From Octopus sinensis (Eukaryota): a stretch of 64,000 bases of DNA. Location: positions 51,336,001 through 51,400,000 of the forward strand of contig NC_043015.1 in NCBI RefSeq assembly GCF_006345805.1, in the 5' to 3' direction. The notes below the pieces were generated by a model. It saw nothing but the letters and a program-made list of their open reading frames with translations. It made no database searches and was not told where the DNA came from. Shown one piece after another: positions 1-10,995 of this stretch. Each line of letters begins with the position of its first letter. Within the stretch, counting starts at the first letter, position 1. Position numbers and translations under genes: made by a program.

Positions 1-45
1 CACCAGTTGTCATGTGGTGGTTGGGAAAAAACACAGACACAAAGA

Positions 46-78
<33 letters not shown>

Positions 79-235
79 GATGGGCTTCTTTCAGTCTCCA
101 TCTACCAAATATGTTCACAAGTCTTGGGTCAGCCTGAATCTATTGTAGAAGACACTGGCGCAAGGTGCTACTCAGTGGGACTGAACCCGGAACCATGTGG
201 TTGGGATGCAAGCTTCTTATCGCACAGCCACACCT
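1..235 (-). mobile_element. tRNA-derived SINE family A (5' part)
   Basis: Reverse complement of the head GGTGTGGCTGTG..CCAACCACATGGTTCCGGGTTCAGTCCCACT, then CCTTG..AGTGTCTTC (CORE-like) and a TG microsatellite; same family as 30968-31399. Confidence 0.8.
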
Positions 236-1119
236 GTTGGTGGTTTTCAGGATTCTGGGGTTTATGAGGTCTAAAGCTTTCAGGGAAAAGAATATATGTG
301 AAGAGGGTCAACAGAAAGAACCTGCAGTATCGTAGAGCATTTTTTTCATCCTGGAGGCTTTGAGGATTCAACATCGCTTAAAGTCCGCTTTCCATGCTAG
401 CATGGGTTGGAAGATTTTGACTGAGGGCTGGCGAATCAGATGGCTGCACCAGGCTCCAATCTTGATCTGGCAGAGTTTCTACAGCTGGATGCCCTTCCTA
501 ACACCAACGTGTGATTTTTTTTTTCAGCCTATAGCCTATAGTTTCCAAGATTGACAAATTTGTGATTTATTCACTGTTAATTGCACTGTTTCTCACACAA
601 ATCTCTTTCGGCACCTCAACTCTCATACCATTTTCTCATCTGGTCAAGAATTTAATGGAAATAAACACCTATATTAATTAATTCAATTGTGCGCTCAGAA
701 CTACCGCCGCCCACACCAAACCGTTTTCCAATCGACAATTTCAGTAAACAATCATGTTCAAAATGAATTGGTTTCCTTTACAAGTGGCGCTATTAAAGAA
801 AGGCTCTAGTTTGGCTAATTTGAATGAAAATGTCATTTCGATGTTTGGTATTAAGAAAATGTTATTTGCTAAATTGGTAATAAAATAGTTATGTGTCATT
901 TTGATTTTAGCAAGTGTCTTCAATGAAAGGGCTTAAAATGTCTCTCTCTCTCTCTCTACTTTTCTCTTTCTATCTCTTTCTATTTCCTCTCCCTCTCTCG
1001 CTCTCTCTCCCTTTCCTACTTTATACCGTATGCTATTAAAGATTTTTGTAGTCTGTCACTAAAAGACATGGATTCTGTTATAATTATACTTTTCACGGCA
1101 AAACATTTTCTTGTTACAG

Positions 1120-1292
1120 GCTGACAAAATTCAATATATTGCCCGAATCAAAGACATACCAATTAAAGAAGCTCGCAAAGCGGAAATGGCGCTATTCTGT
1201 GGCAACATCCAAGATGCAGAAGCTATTTTATTGCAGGCTGGCCTTATTTTCCGCGCCGTTATTCTTAATGTAAAGATGTTCAATTGGGAACG
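1120..1292 (+). CDS. IFT80: Internal coding exon of intraflagellar transport protein 80 (C-terminal region)
   Basis: Translates ADKIQYIARIKDIPIKEARKAEMALFCGNIQDAEAILLQAGLIFRAVILNVKMFNWER, recognisably homologous to vertebrate IFT80 (..[58 protein letters not shown]..; recalled, not searched). Acceptor ttttcttgttacAG ends at 1119 (phase 0); donor CG|GTAAGA at 1293 (phase 2). Confidence 0.92.
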
Positions 1293-1419
1293 GTAAGAAC
1301 AAAGAACAAACAACAATTTATTCAAATTGCTTTTATCGTATAACATTTAAAACTTCTAACTTGAAGCTGACTACATTCATACTGTAGCATCAAGTGGCCA
1401 TTGATGTTGCAACTGTTTT

Positions 1420-2300
1420 GGTATGTGTGTGTGTGATTGTATGTATGTGATTGTGTATGTGTGTGTGTATTTGTGTGAGTGTGTGTATGTATGAATGTGG
1501 GTGTGAGATTGTGTATAAGTGTGTGTGTGTGTGTGTATGTTTGTGTGAGTATGTGTGTGTGTTTGGTGTGTGTGTAAGTGAGCGTGTGTGAGTGTGTATG
1601 CATGAATGTCTGTTCGTGTGTGAATGTGTATGTATAAATGTGTGTGTGAGTGTGTGTATGTGTGAATGTGGGTGTGAGATTGTATAATTGTGTGTGTGTT
1701 TATGTGTGTGTGTTCGTTTGTGTGTGTTTGTGTGTGAGTGAGCGTGTGTGAGTGTATGCATGAATGTCTGTTCGTGTGTGAATGTGTATGTATGAATGCG
1801 TGTGTGAGTGTGTGTATGTGTGAATTTGGGTGTGAGATTGTATAATTGTGTGTGTGTGTGTTTGTGAGTGTGTGTGTTTGTGTGAGTGTGTGTGAGTGAG
1901 CGTGTGTGTGTGTGTATGCATGAATGTCTGTGTGTGAATGTGTATGTATGAATGTGCGTGTGTGTATGTGTAAATGTGGGTGTGAGATTGTGCATAATTG
2001 CTTGTGTGTGTATGTTTATGTGTGTGTGTGTGTGCTTGTGTGTGTGTATAAGTCTGTGTGATTGTGTTTATGCATGTGAGTGTGTGTCTGTGAGTGTGCA
2101 TGTATAAATGTGTTTGTGTATGTGTGTGAATGTGTATGCATGAATGTGTGTGTGAATGTGGGTGTGAGATTGTGTCTAAGTGTGTGTGTATGTTGATGTG
2201 TGTGTGTGTGCTTGTATGAGTATGTGTTAGTGTAAGTGCATGTATGTGTATATGTGTATGTGCATGTGTTTATGTGTCAGTGTCTTAGCATGTATATGTG
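1420..2300. repeat. TG-rich compound minisatellite with ~150-180 bp higher-order period
   Basis: Marker GAATGTGGGTGTGAGATTGT recurs near 1493, 1664, 1822, 1974 and 2155 within degenerate (TG)n; source of the spurious His/Thr ORFs. Confidence 0.85.
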
Positions 2301-2755
2301 TGTGTTGGCGTGTTTCTTGTTACTATCTAACCCTTGGTTAAATCTGACTAAGCAGATTGATGATCAATCAAACACCTTCCAACCACGACCTTCACAAGAT
2401 TTTTTTTCCAATTCACCATGCACTGACACTTAGAGGTGCTTTATCCAATATATCTACCTTTCTTTAGACAGTAGAGTGGGATATGAGAAAATTTTGTTTT
2501 TACTGCCATATCTAGCAAGGTGAATGACCACATAGGGGTTCCTCTGTTGGCTTATGTCCCCCTTGTTTGTTATGTGCCAAGTGCAAGAGGACATGTAGTC
2601 GTAAGACGATGATGTAGCACTGTTTCCTGGTGTGTTAGATATGTCTTTACTATTTCTTGAGTCATTTCGGTCATTAGACTGTGGCCATGCTGGAGCAATG
2701 CATCAAAAGAATTTCTCAGTCAAACAAATCCACCCCAGTAATTATTAGGTTTCTT

Positions 2756-3184
2756 GGATCTTTTCGGTTTGAACGGCAGTTTTTTAAAATAATTTCCACG
2801 TAACTAAACACTTTTTAATTTTCGTATACTGTAGAATGTGTTTATAAAACATCTTTTTCTCTTGGCTTTATTGAGAAAATTCTATGGTTGTAAGATATTT
2901 GTTGTTTTTTTTTTTTCTTCAATTTCTGCAATTTCAACCAATCAATGACGTCTATTGAGCTGAAAACATTCGTGCCGTATGAATATGTCCCTCATTAGAA
3001 ACAGATTGGGTTTATTTACATTTCTGAAGAAAAAGATACCCTTCCCCCCCCACCCTAACCTATCTAACTAACCCTAACCCTAAAACAGATTGAAATGCAA
3101 TAGATCGATACTAGGGTCATAATTATGGGTGACAATTTCAAATGATACCGCTAGAAAAACACTGCCGTTCAAACCGAAAGATCC
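2756..3184. mobile_element. MITE with GG termini and 8-bp TSD (Merlin/MULE/hAT-type), nested in a SINE-A copy
   Basis: TIRs GGATCTTTTCGGTTTGAACGGCAGT / ACTGCCGTTCAAACCGAAAGATCC; perfect TSD GGTTTCTT at 2748-2755 and 3185-3192; internal CCCTAA-like repeats at ~3052-3082; host SINE-A (-) spans ~2645-3310. Confidence 0.88.
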
Positions 3185-3689
3185 GGTTTCTTGTATAGCT
3201 TGGCACTTATTGTATCGGTATCGTTTGCTGAACCACAGGGGATGTAAACACACCAATACTGGTGATCAAATGGTGCTAGAGGGACAAACGCAAACACACA
3301 CACGCACACACATGTATCTGTGATGTCATTGGTCACTCTTTGACTGGACATGTATTTAACTTCATGTAAATAATTCACTTTTAGATTATGCTTCTTTCTT
3401 TGGATACGATCCACTGACAATATATATCTATATATATATATATGTGTGTGTGTGTGTATGTATATATATATATAAAATTAAATATAGGATAAAATCTCTA
3501 TAAGAATTTATGAAGTAGTCAGCATGAAAACCACATAAGGGAAAAAATTTATAATTATTCCCTTTAAATACATTTATTATATGAAGGGCATTGCTACAAG
3601 TAAATGGTAGTTTTGACTTTAAGAGTCCCTCATAGTGTGAGGCATTTACATGTAGTAATGCCCTTAATATATTACAATATATATTCACT

Positions 3690-3865
3690 AGCCACTAAAC
3701 TAGTTTTATTTTCTCTCCCTGTTTTATATCTGTGTTCCTTTCTGTCGAAGAGCATAGGCTTGAAATGTAAAAGACTTTCTCACCTTCCTGAGTGTTAAAC
3801 TAATACATCTGTTTGTTGTTTACACACCCATCTTCATTCTTTGTTTTTTTGTAAATTCTTACTGT
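3690..3865 (+). mobile_element. Penelope-like pLTR fragment with variant hammerhead (3738-3773)
   Basis: cttt-CTGTCGA-a-gagc atag gctt-GAAA-t-GTA-aaag; homologous copies at ~14795-14880, 39510-39660 (-) and 57045-57240 (-), typically flanked by (TA)n. Confidence 0.6.
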
Positions 3866-3870
3866 ATATA

Positions 3871-4225
3871 TTGGGTTGTCTGGAAAGTTTGTGCTGATTT
3901 TTAAAGGAAAGAAAAAGGTCAATAAATACTTGCCGTTACATTTTTAATCAACCAAATACGAACCATTTTGTTGCCCAGTGCTTCTCCATCTTTCCATTAA
4001 CTTGAAAATACCCTCTTCCCAGAATTGAGGTGGTTTCATGGCAAAGAATTCATCAAGGTATCTTTTTACGTCATCCAAGGAATTGAAATTTTTACCATTA
4101 AGACTATTCTGCAGAGACCTGGATAAGTGGAAATCTGAAGGAGCAATATCTGGTGAATATGGTGGGTGGGGTAACACATCCCAGCTGAGCTGCAGCAATT
4201 TTTTTCTGGTTTCCAAAGCATCAAG
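3871..4225 (-). mobile_element. mariner (DD34D-type) transposon 3' remnant
   Basis: ORF 3944-4231 contains LPHPPYSPDIAPSDFHL..SLQNSLNGK..F..EGIFKLMERW; TIR-like TTGGGTTGTCTGGAAAGTT preceded by TA at 3869-3870. Confidence 0.9.
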
Positions 4226-4401
4226 TGCCAAAAATGAACTTTCTTATCTTGCATTCTAAAGGGTTATAGAATTAACACAGGTTATAGGATCATGTGTGTG
4301 CTTGTTACCGTACAACTACTACCAGATGACAACCTGTATTGGTTTGTTTACATCCCTAAAACTTAGCTGTTCAGCCTAAGAGACTGATAGAAGTACTGGA
4401 C

Positions 4402-4932
4402 TTCAACCCTTGCCCCTCCACCCCACAAAAAACCCTCGGCTAGATCCAGCCTCTCACACCTACCCTACAATGTCGTCCTAAATGTCACATAATTGAAATT
4501 TCGAAGTTATTAACAATGCATTATTAATTCAAAATAATGTGGATAGAAAAAAAAAGAAAAAGAGTGGCTTTGTGGTAAGTAGCTTGCTTACAAACCACAT
4601 GGTTCCGGGTCATTCCCACTGCATGGCACCGAGGGCAGGTGTCTTCTACTATAGCTTCAGGCTGACTAAAGCCTTGTGAGTGGATTTGGTGGATGGAAAC
4701 TGAAAGAAGCCTGTTGTATATATGTATGTATATATATATATGTATGTGTGTGTATATGTTTGTGTGTCTGTGTTTGTCCCCCCAACATCGCTTGACATCC
4801 CCGTAACTTAGCAGTTTGGCAAAAGAGACAGATAGAATAAGTACTAGGCTTACAAAGAATAAGTCCTGGGGTTGATTTGCTCGACTAAAGGCGGTGCTCC
4901 AGCATGAAGTAATCTGAATGTTAACGGGTTAA
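4402..4932. mobile_element. TTAA-type (piggyBac-like) MITE remnant with a SINE-A inserted (4561-4905, +)
   Basis: Ends resemble TTAACCCTTTAGCATT / AATGCTAAAGGGTTAA, also seen in related fragments at ~10085-10227, ~31400-31568 and ~52545-53040; shared internal CTCTCACACCTACCCTACAATGTC motif. Confidence 0.55.
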
Positions 4933-5366
4933 GAGATATTTGACTGGCATTTCTAGCATTTTGAGTGACCATGTAGGGGCTTCTTAGCTGACTGGAAAAA
5001 AGAGGAAAAAACTAAATTAAAAATTGAAGTAGATATGTTAAAGGTGAGGAAAGAAAATAATGCTAACGAGTAAAAATGCACAAGCAGATATGGTCATGCT
5101 AGTACGTGTATAAATGTATAATGAAGGTGTATGTGTGTGAGAGAGAGAAAGAGATAGAGTGAAGGGTCAGTAATAATTTCACTCATAAATATTACGTACC
5201 TCATTAGCATCCAATGGCACCCTGGGTAACTCACTAGTAATAAATAATGATGATGTAAACTAGTTTTCCAACCGATGGCTGTCACAGATATCAGAGGTCT
5301 GGACTGCTGCTCTTTTCTTGTAACCTGGCCGGGAACGAGAGCGTTTCCCTTATGATATATAGCTGT

Positions 5367-5432
5367 TGACCTCACTGACCTTATAAATTCCCAACTGCCA
5401 CATCACCCCTCAGCGTCACCTACAGTGCCATG
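5367..5432 (+). promoter_or_regulatory. Candidate core promoter: perfect DR3 nuclear-receptor element + TATA + Inr-like site
   Basis: TGACCT-cac-TGACCT (5367-5381), TATAAA (5382-5387), TCAGC with A at 5412 (30 nt after the TATA start), gccATGg at 5430, all in non-repetitive sequence. Confidence 0.25.
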
Positions 5433-6324
5433 GCAATTGGTGGACGGCACCACTGTTGCATTCTTCACCTTGTTTCCTTTTCATATTAGCGACAAAATAA
5501 CCTTCCGAGTCTGCAGTTTTCGTTTCCCTTTTTTTTTTTTTTTTGCTTTTTCTGCCCTCCCTCTGATCCTCGACCTTTCCACGCACTTCTGCATCCTGCA
5601 CCTTACCCCCCCTCTCCGCCTCCACACGCGCACACTGACCACGATTCCTTTCTCCTCCCACGGATCCTTTCTTCCTATGCTCAACCACTCTGGATATCAT
5701 TTTTGAAAATGGTTGCAACTAACTGATGATACTAACGGAAACGTCTCCTCTGCCTTCTCCACCTCCTCCTCTCCACCCCCACCTCCTCCTCCCCACCCCC
5801 ACTCCTCCTCCACCCCCACTGCCTCTCTTCATGTATCAGTTTAATTAATTAAGCTATTGAAATAAAAACAGGATTTTCGTCAGATCTTTTTCTGTTGCTA
5901 AATGGATGGCACTGGTGCTTGCTATCAATCAGAGTTTAAACAAATTAGAAGAATTAGGAAAAAAAAAAATTTTTTTAATATAAAAAAAAAAAATTAAAAA
6001 AAAAGACCTGCAAAAAAAAAACATGCCCAAACAAACAAGCAAACAGAAAAAGAAAAAAAGCTGAAAAAAAAATTAAAATGCATAAAATAAAACACACCCA
6101 CTCAAATACACACACACACACACACACACACGCACATACACACACACAAACACACACACATGTAAAACAAATGTGAATATTTCATGTTAATTTCCATCAA
6201 TGATTATTTTTTTCTCAATTTTTTATGCTGTTTGTCTCCGATGTATCAATACCAACAAAAGTGGTATCCGGTTCTTTATAGGAATTGTGTATGTGTGGAC
6301 ATATAATATATAATATATATATAT

Positions 6325-6726
6325 ACTCTTTAACTTGTTTCAGTCATTTGACTGCGGTCATGCTGGAGCACCGCCTTTAATCGAGCAACTCGACCCTGGG
6401 ACTTATTCTTTGTAAGCCCAGTACTTATTCTATCAGTCTCTTTTGCCGAACCGCTAAGTGACGGGGATGTAAACACACCAGCATCGGTTGTCAAGCAATG
6501 CTAGGGGGACAAACACAGACACACAAACATATACACACACACTTATACATATATACATATACATGACAGGCTTCTTTCAGTTTCCGTATACCAAATCCAC
6601 TCACAGGGCATTGGTCGGCCCGGGGCTATAGCAGAAGACACTTGCCCAAGATGCCACGCAGTGGGACTGAACCCGGAACCATGTGGTTGGTTAGGAAGCT
6701 ACTTACCACACAGCCACTCCTGCACC

Positions 6727-6727
<1 letters not shown>
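6325..6727 (-). mobile_element. tRNA-derived SINE family A, full length
   Basis: A/B-box head, CORE-like segment, internal TA/TG microsatellite, and 3' tail CCAGCATG..CGCAGTCAAATGACTGAAACAAGT. Confidence 0.9.
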
Positions 6728-6787
<60 letters not shown>

Positions 6788-6845
6788 GATCATCATTTAA
6801 AGTCCGTTTTTCATGCTGGCATGGATCAGACGGTTTGACTGAAAA

Positions 6846-7080
6846 TTAAGGCGGCGAGCTCGCTGAAACATTAGCACGCCGGGCGAAATGCTTTGCGGTA
6901 TTTCGTCTGCCGTTACGTTGTGAGTTCAAATTCTGCCGAGGTCCACTTTGCCTTTCATACTTTCGGGGTCAATAAATTAAGTACCAGTTACGCACTGGGG
7001 TCGATGTAATCGACTTAATACCCATGTCTGTCCTTGTTTGTCCCCTCTATGTTTAGCCCCTTATGGGTAATAAAGAAATA
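6846..7080 (+). mobile_element. tRNA-derived SINE family B (tail type B2) with 14-bp TSD, inserted in an RTE 3'UTR fragment
   Basis: Head AAGGCGGCGAGCT..GAGTTCAAATT, central GCCTTTCAT..GGGGTC..TAAATTAAGTACCAG, tail ..GCCCCTTATGGGTAATAAAGAAATA; TSD GGTTTGACTGAAAA at 6832-6845 and 7081-7094. Confidence 0.9.
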
Positions 7081-7379
7081 GGTTTGACTGAAAACTGGTA
7101 AGCCGGGAAGCTGCATGAAGTTCCAATCTGATTTGGTAAGGTTTCTACAGCTGGATGGCCTTCATAACGCCACCCACACTGAGAGTATAGTGGTTGTCTT
7201 TTACATGCCATTGGTATGGGCACCTTTGACCTGACACTGGCATCGGCCATGGCTACGGTGTCAGTTTGCTTGATACAAGCATGGCATATCGCCAAGGGTA
7301 GTGGTCACTTGACACAGCCTCCATGAGGCCCAGTGCCCAAATAAGGGGGAACATGGCTTTTCTGAACTTGTAAACCCCT

Positions 7380-7420
<41 letters not shown>

Positions 7421-7453
7421 ATATAAAGAATATATATATATATATATATAAAG

Positions 7454-7486
<33 letters not shown>

Positions 7487-7570
7487 AAGATTATATATAT
7501 ATATATAATATGTATATATATAAAGGTATATATTTATATATATATATGTATATATATAAAGATATATATT

Positions 7571-7604
<34 letters not shown>

Positions 7605-7618
7605 GTATATATATAAAG

Positions 7619-7652
<34 letters not shown>

Positions 7653-7653
7653 G

Positions 7654-7693
<40 letters not shown>

Positions 7694-7739
7694 ATATATA
7701 TTTATATATACATATATATATATATAAAGATATATATAT

Positions 7740-8400
7740 CATCATCATCATCATTTAGCGTCCGCTTTCCATGCTAGCATGGGTTGGACGGTTCACCTGG
7801 GGTCTGTGAAGCCAGAAGGCTGCATCAGGCCCAGTCTGATCTGGCAGTGTTTCTACGGCTGGATGCTCTTCCTAACGCCAACCACTCCGTGAGTGTAGTG
7901 GGTGTTTTTTACGTGCCACCCGCACAGGTGCCAGACGGAGCTGGCAAACGGCCATGAACGGATGGTGCTTTTACGTGCCACCAGCACCGGGGCCAGGCGA
8001 GGCTGGCAACGGCCACGAACGGATGGTGCTACGTGCCACCGGTACGGGGGCCAGGCAAGGCTGGCAACGGACACGAACGGATGGTGCTTTTACGTGCCAC
8101 TGGCATGGAGGCCAGTCGGGGCACCACTGGCAATGGCCATGATCGGATGGTTCGCTTACTTGTCACCGGCACTGGTACCACAGCTGCAATTTCCATTGAT
8201 GTTGATCGACTTCGATTTTGGTTCTGCTTTCTGATATCTGATTTGATTTGGTTTGATTTTAATTTTGATTTTGATTTTGATTTTCACTTGTCTCAACGGG
8301 TCTTCACAAGTGGAGTTTTGTGTCCCAAGAAGGAAAGGAAAGGTATGTAGGCCACAGGTTATGTTCTCACTAGTCTTGCCGGGTCTTCTCGGCAAGACTA
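7740..8400 (-). mobile_element. RTE-clade LINE 3' end with internal ~60-bp tandem repeat
   Basis: (CAT)n tail, GGAAGGGCATCCAGCCGTAGAAA-like motif, 4-5 copies of a ~60-bp unit at 7905-8170, and an ORF2-end remnant (..EKTRQD*) at ~8370-8395. Confidence 0.8.
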
Positions 8401-8552
8401 ATTCATATATTCATTGATATATAATGTGTGTGTGTATATATAATGTGTATATATATGATATATAATATGTTTGTGTATATATATATATATAATGTGTATG
8501 TGTATATATATATCTTGTAGAATAATAAAAATAATGTTCTTGGTACACTATT

Positions 8553-8785
8553 ATATATTTGAAAAAATGAGTAGAGATGTCTTTTTTTGGATGATTTTAA
8601 TTTTAATAATAATGTTTACAGTGAGTGACTCTGATATGAGTTTCAAACTTCAAACAGCTGTTTCCAGTTTTGAAAACAGCTATTTGAAGTTTGAAACTCA
8701 TACCAGAGCCATGCACTGTAAACGTTATTATTAAAATTAAAATTATCCCCCCAAAAGCCATCTCTACTCATTTTTTCAAATATAT
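8553..8785. repeat. Long inverted repeat (~110-bp arms, 10-nt loop) between (TA)n tracts
   Basis: 8553-8663 is the reverse complement of 8674-8785 with few mismatches. Confidence 0.9.
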
Positions 8786-8956
8786 GTATATATATATATA
8801 TATACATACCTACATACATATATATATATTTGATGATGATGATGATGATTATATATAATATATATATATATGTGTGTATGTATGTATGTATGTATATGTA
8901 TGTATGTAGTGTGTTATATAATACACACATGCAGATATATAATGTGTGTATCCATA

Positions 8957-9117
8957 GGTGCAGGAGTGGCTGTGTGGTAAGTCGCTTGCTTACCAACCAC
9001 ATGGTTCTGGTTCAGTCCCACTGCGTGGCATCTTGGGTAAGTGTCTTCTACTATAGCCTAGGCCGACCAAAGCCTTGTGAGTGGATTTGTTAGATGGAAA
9101 CTGAAAGAAACCTGTCA

Positions 9118-9148
<31 letters not shown>

Positions 9149-9770
9149 GTGTGTATATGTTTATGTGTCTGTGTTTGTCCTGCCAACATTGCTTGACAAC
9201 CGATGTTGGTGTGTTTATGTCTCTGTAACTTAGCAGTTTGGCAAAAGAGACCGATAGAATAAGTACTAGGCTTACAAACAATAAGTCCCGAAGTTGATTC
9301 GCTCCACTAAAGGTTGTAAAAGAAGATATATGTATATATATATGTGTGTGTGTGTATATAAGTAATATTTATGTTTTAAGGTGCAAGTATGGTTGTGTAG
9401 TAAAACGTTTGCTTTCTGACCACATGGTTCCAGGTTCAGTCCCACTTCATGTGCAAGAGTCTTCTACTCTAGCCTCACGCTGACCAAAACCTTATAAGTG
9501 GGTTTGGTAGGCAGAAAGTGTAAAAAGCCTGTCGTATATATGCATGTTTGTCTGTGTGTCTTTCTATCTGTGTTTCTCCTCTACTACTGCTTGACAACCA
9601 ATGTTGGTTTGTTTATATCCATGTGACTGAGTGGTTCAGCGAAAGAGATTGATAAAATTATTACCAGGCTTAAAACGAATAAGTACTAGGTTTGATTCAT
9701 TCAACTAAAGATTCTTCAATGTCATGCCCCAGCATGGCCGCAGTTTAATGGCTAAAACAAGTAAAAGATA
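8957..9770 (+). mobile_element. Two tandem SINE-A copies
   Basis: Heads at ~8957 and ~9380; the second copy retains the 3' tail. Confidence 0.85.
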
Positions 9771-10995
9771 GAATCGCAATTTTTGTAATTATTAAATTCA
9801 TCCGAAGAGATCGCATATTACACAATCACAGTCATTGTCCACTAATCCACATTTATCACTAGCTAAGTGGATAAGAGTGTCTATACTCTTAGTTCAGAAT
9901 TAGAGTTGCTTATTTCAAATCCAGTCTGTTACTCCGTTCACATGAAGGAATAAAACATCTGATGATAATCAAAGCTTAGACTGATCAAAACCTAGTGTAT
10001 ATCTTTTGTCTTTTACTAGTTTCAGCCATTAGACTGTGGCCATGCTGAGGCACCACCTTGCATTTTGATGGTGATTTTTACGTCCCACCAGCACAGGAGG
10101 CAGGTGATGGTTTATTTTTAGAATGACATTGTAGGGTAGGTGTGAGATGCCAGAACCGGTTAGTTTGAATATTGAACATGCATAATATTTTGGCTGGATA
10201 TGGGTTAGTTTGAATGCTAAAGGGTTAAAAAAAAAATTTGTTATATATTTTTTCTTCCTTTTTCTGGTGCTTTAGACAATTGTATTGTTTGTCTAATGTA
10301 TAACACTACTGACCTGGCCTTACCTGGTCTGACACTCCCCACAAACATGATGCGGTGAACTTCATTGAATTTTCAGTCTGCTTGTATTCTTTAAATTCTG
10401 AACTTCAACAAACCGTAGCGAGCAAATCATAGTTTCTGCAGAATCAAAAATAATTACTTAATTACACTGCTGGGAATTTACAGAGAATGTGGAATAAAAT
10501 GTCTGTGATGTTCATGTTAATGTGTGACTGCCATTTCTTGTATTGACTACTGTGGAGAGATGAAAGTCCAATTAGGAATCCTTGGCAGGATTTGTTCGGA
10601 GAAATAAAATAGCAGACCATAATCCAAACAGTGGAAAACATTGAGTCAGTCGATTTACCATTTTTGCGAATTCTCTTGGAAACTGACACTCTATGGAATC
10701 AATAAACTACCAAACAAACAGACAACTGGGTTGGCAGTTAATATTCTCTCACTGGTACTGTGTTATGTCTGTTGCCAAAAGACTTAACTCTTTTGATATG
10801 AAACCGCCTGAGACTGCTTCTGGTTCTGTGATAATAAAAAGAAAATTAAATAAACAAATAAAAGCAGAAAAAGGAAAGAAAGATGCAAAAAATAAAAAAA
10901 AAATGCTCAGTCTAAAGCATTCACATTTAAATGGAAAAGTTCTATAATGATATCATGTAGGAGGTACTTTGTTAAGTTGCTAAAAATTGTTTTAA

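Noticed and set aside
3052-3082. Interstitial telomere or chromosome-fusion scar
   Set aside because: Only a few degenerate CCCTAA units, lying inside a TIR/TSD-bounded MITE.
3944-4231. Domesticated or functional transposase genes (also 11281-11798, 22120-22673, 23253-23970)
   Set aside because: All are truncated or interrupted by stops and frameshifts, and lack splice signals linking them to a host gene.
5723-5748. CTGATGA-tactaacg-GAAAC-GTC hammerhead-like core
   Set aside because: No helix I complementarity and no credible helix II.
7905-8170. CRISPR-like look of a constant core separated by variable segments
   Set aside because: The intervening segments are homologous to each other, the array sits inside an RTE 3'UTR repeated elsewhere, the context is eukaryotic, and there are no cas genes.
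9959-10000. Decayed hammerhead-like motif CTGATGA..tgatc-AAAA-cctagtgta
   Set aside because: GAAA is missing and helices I and III are broken; at most a dead relic.
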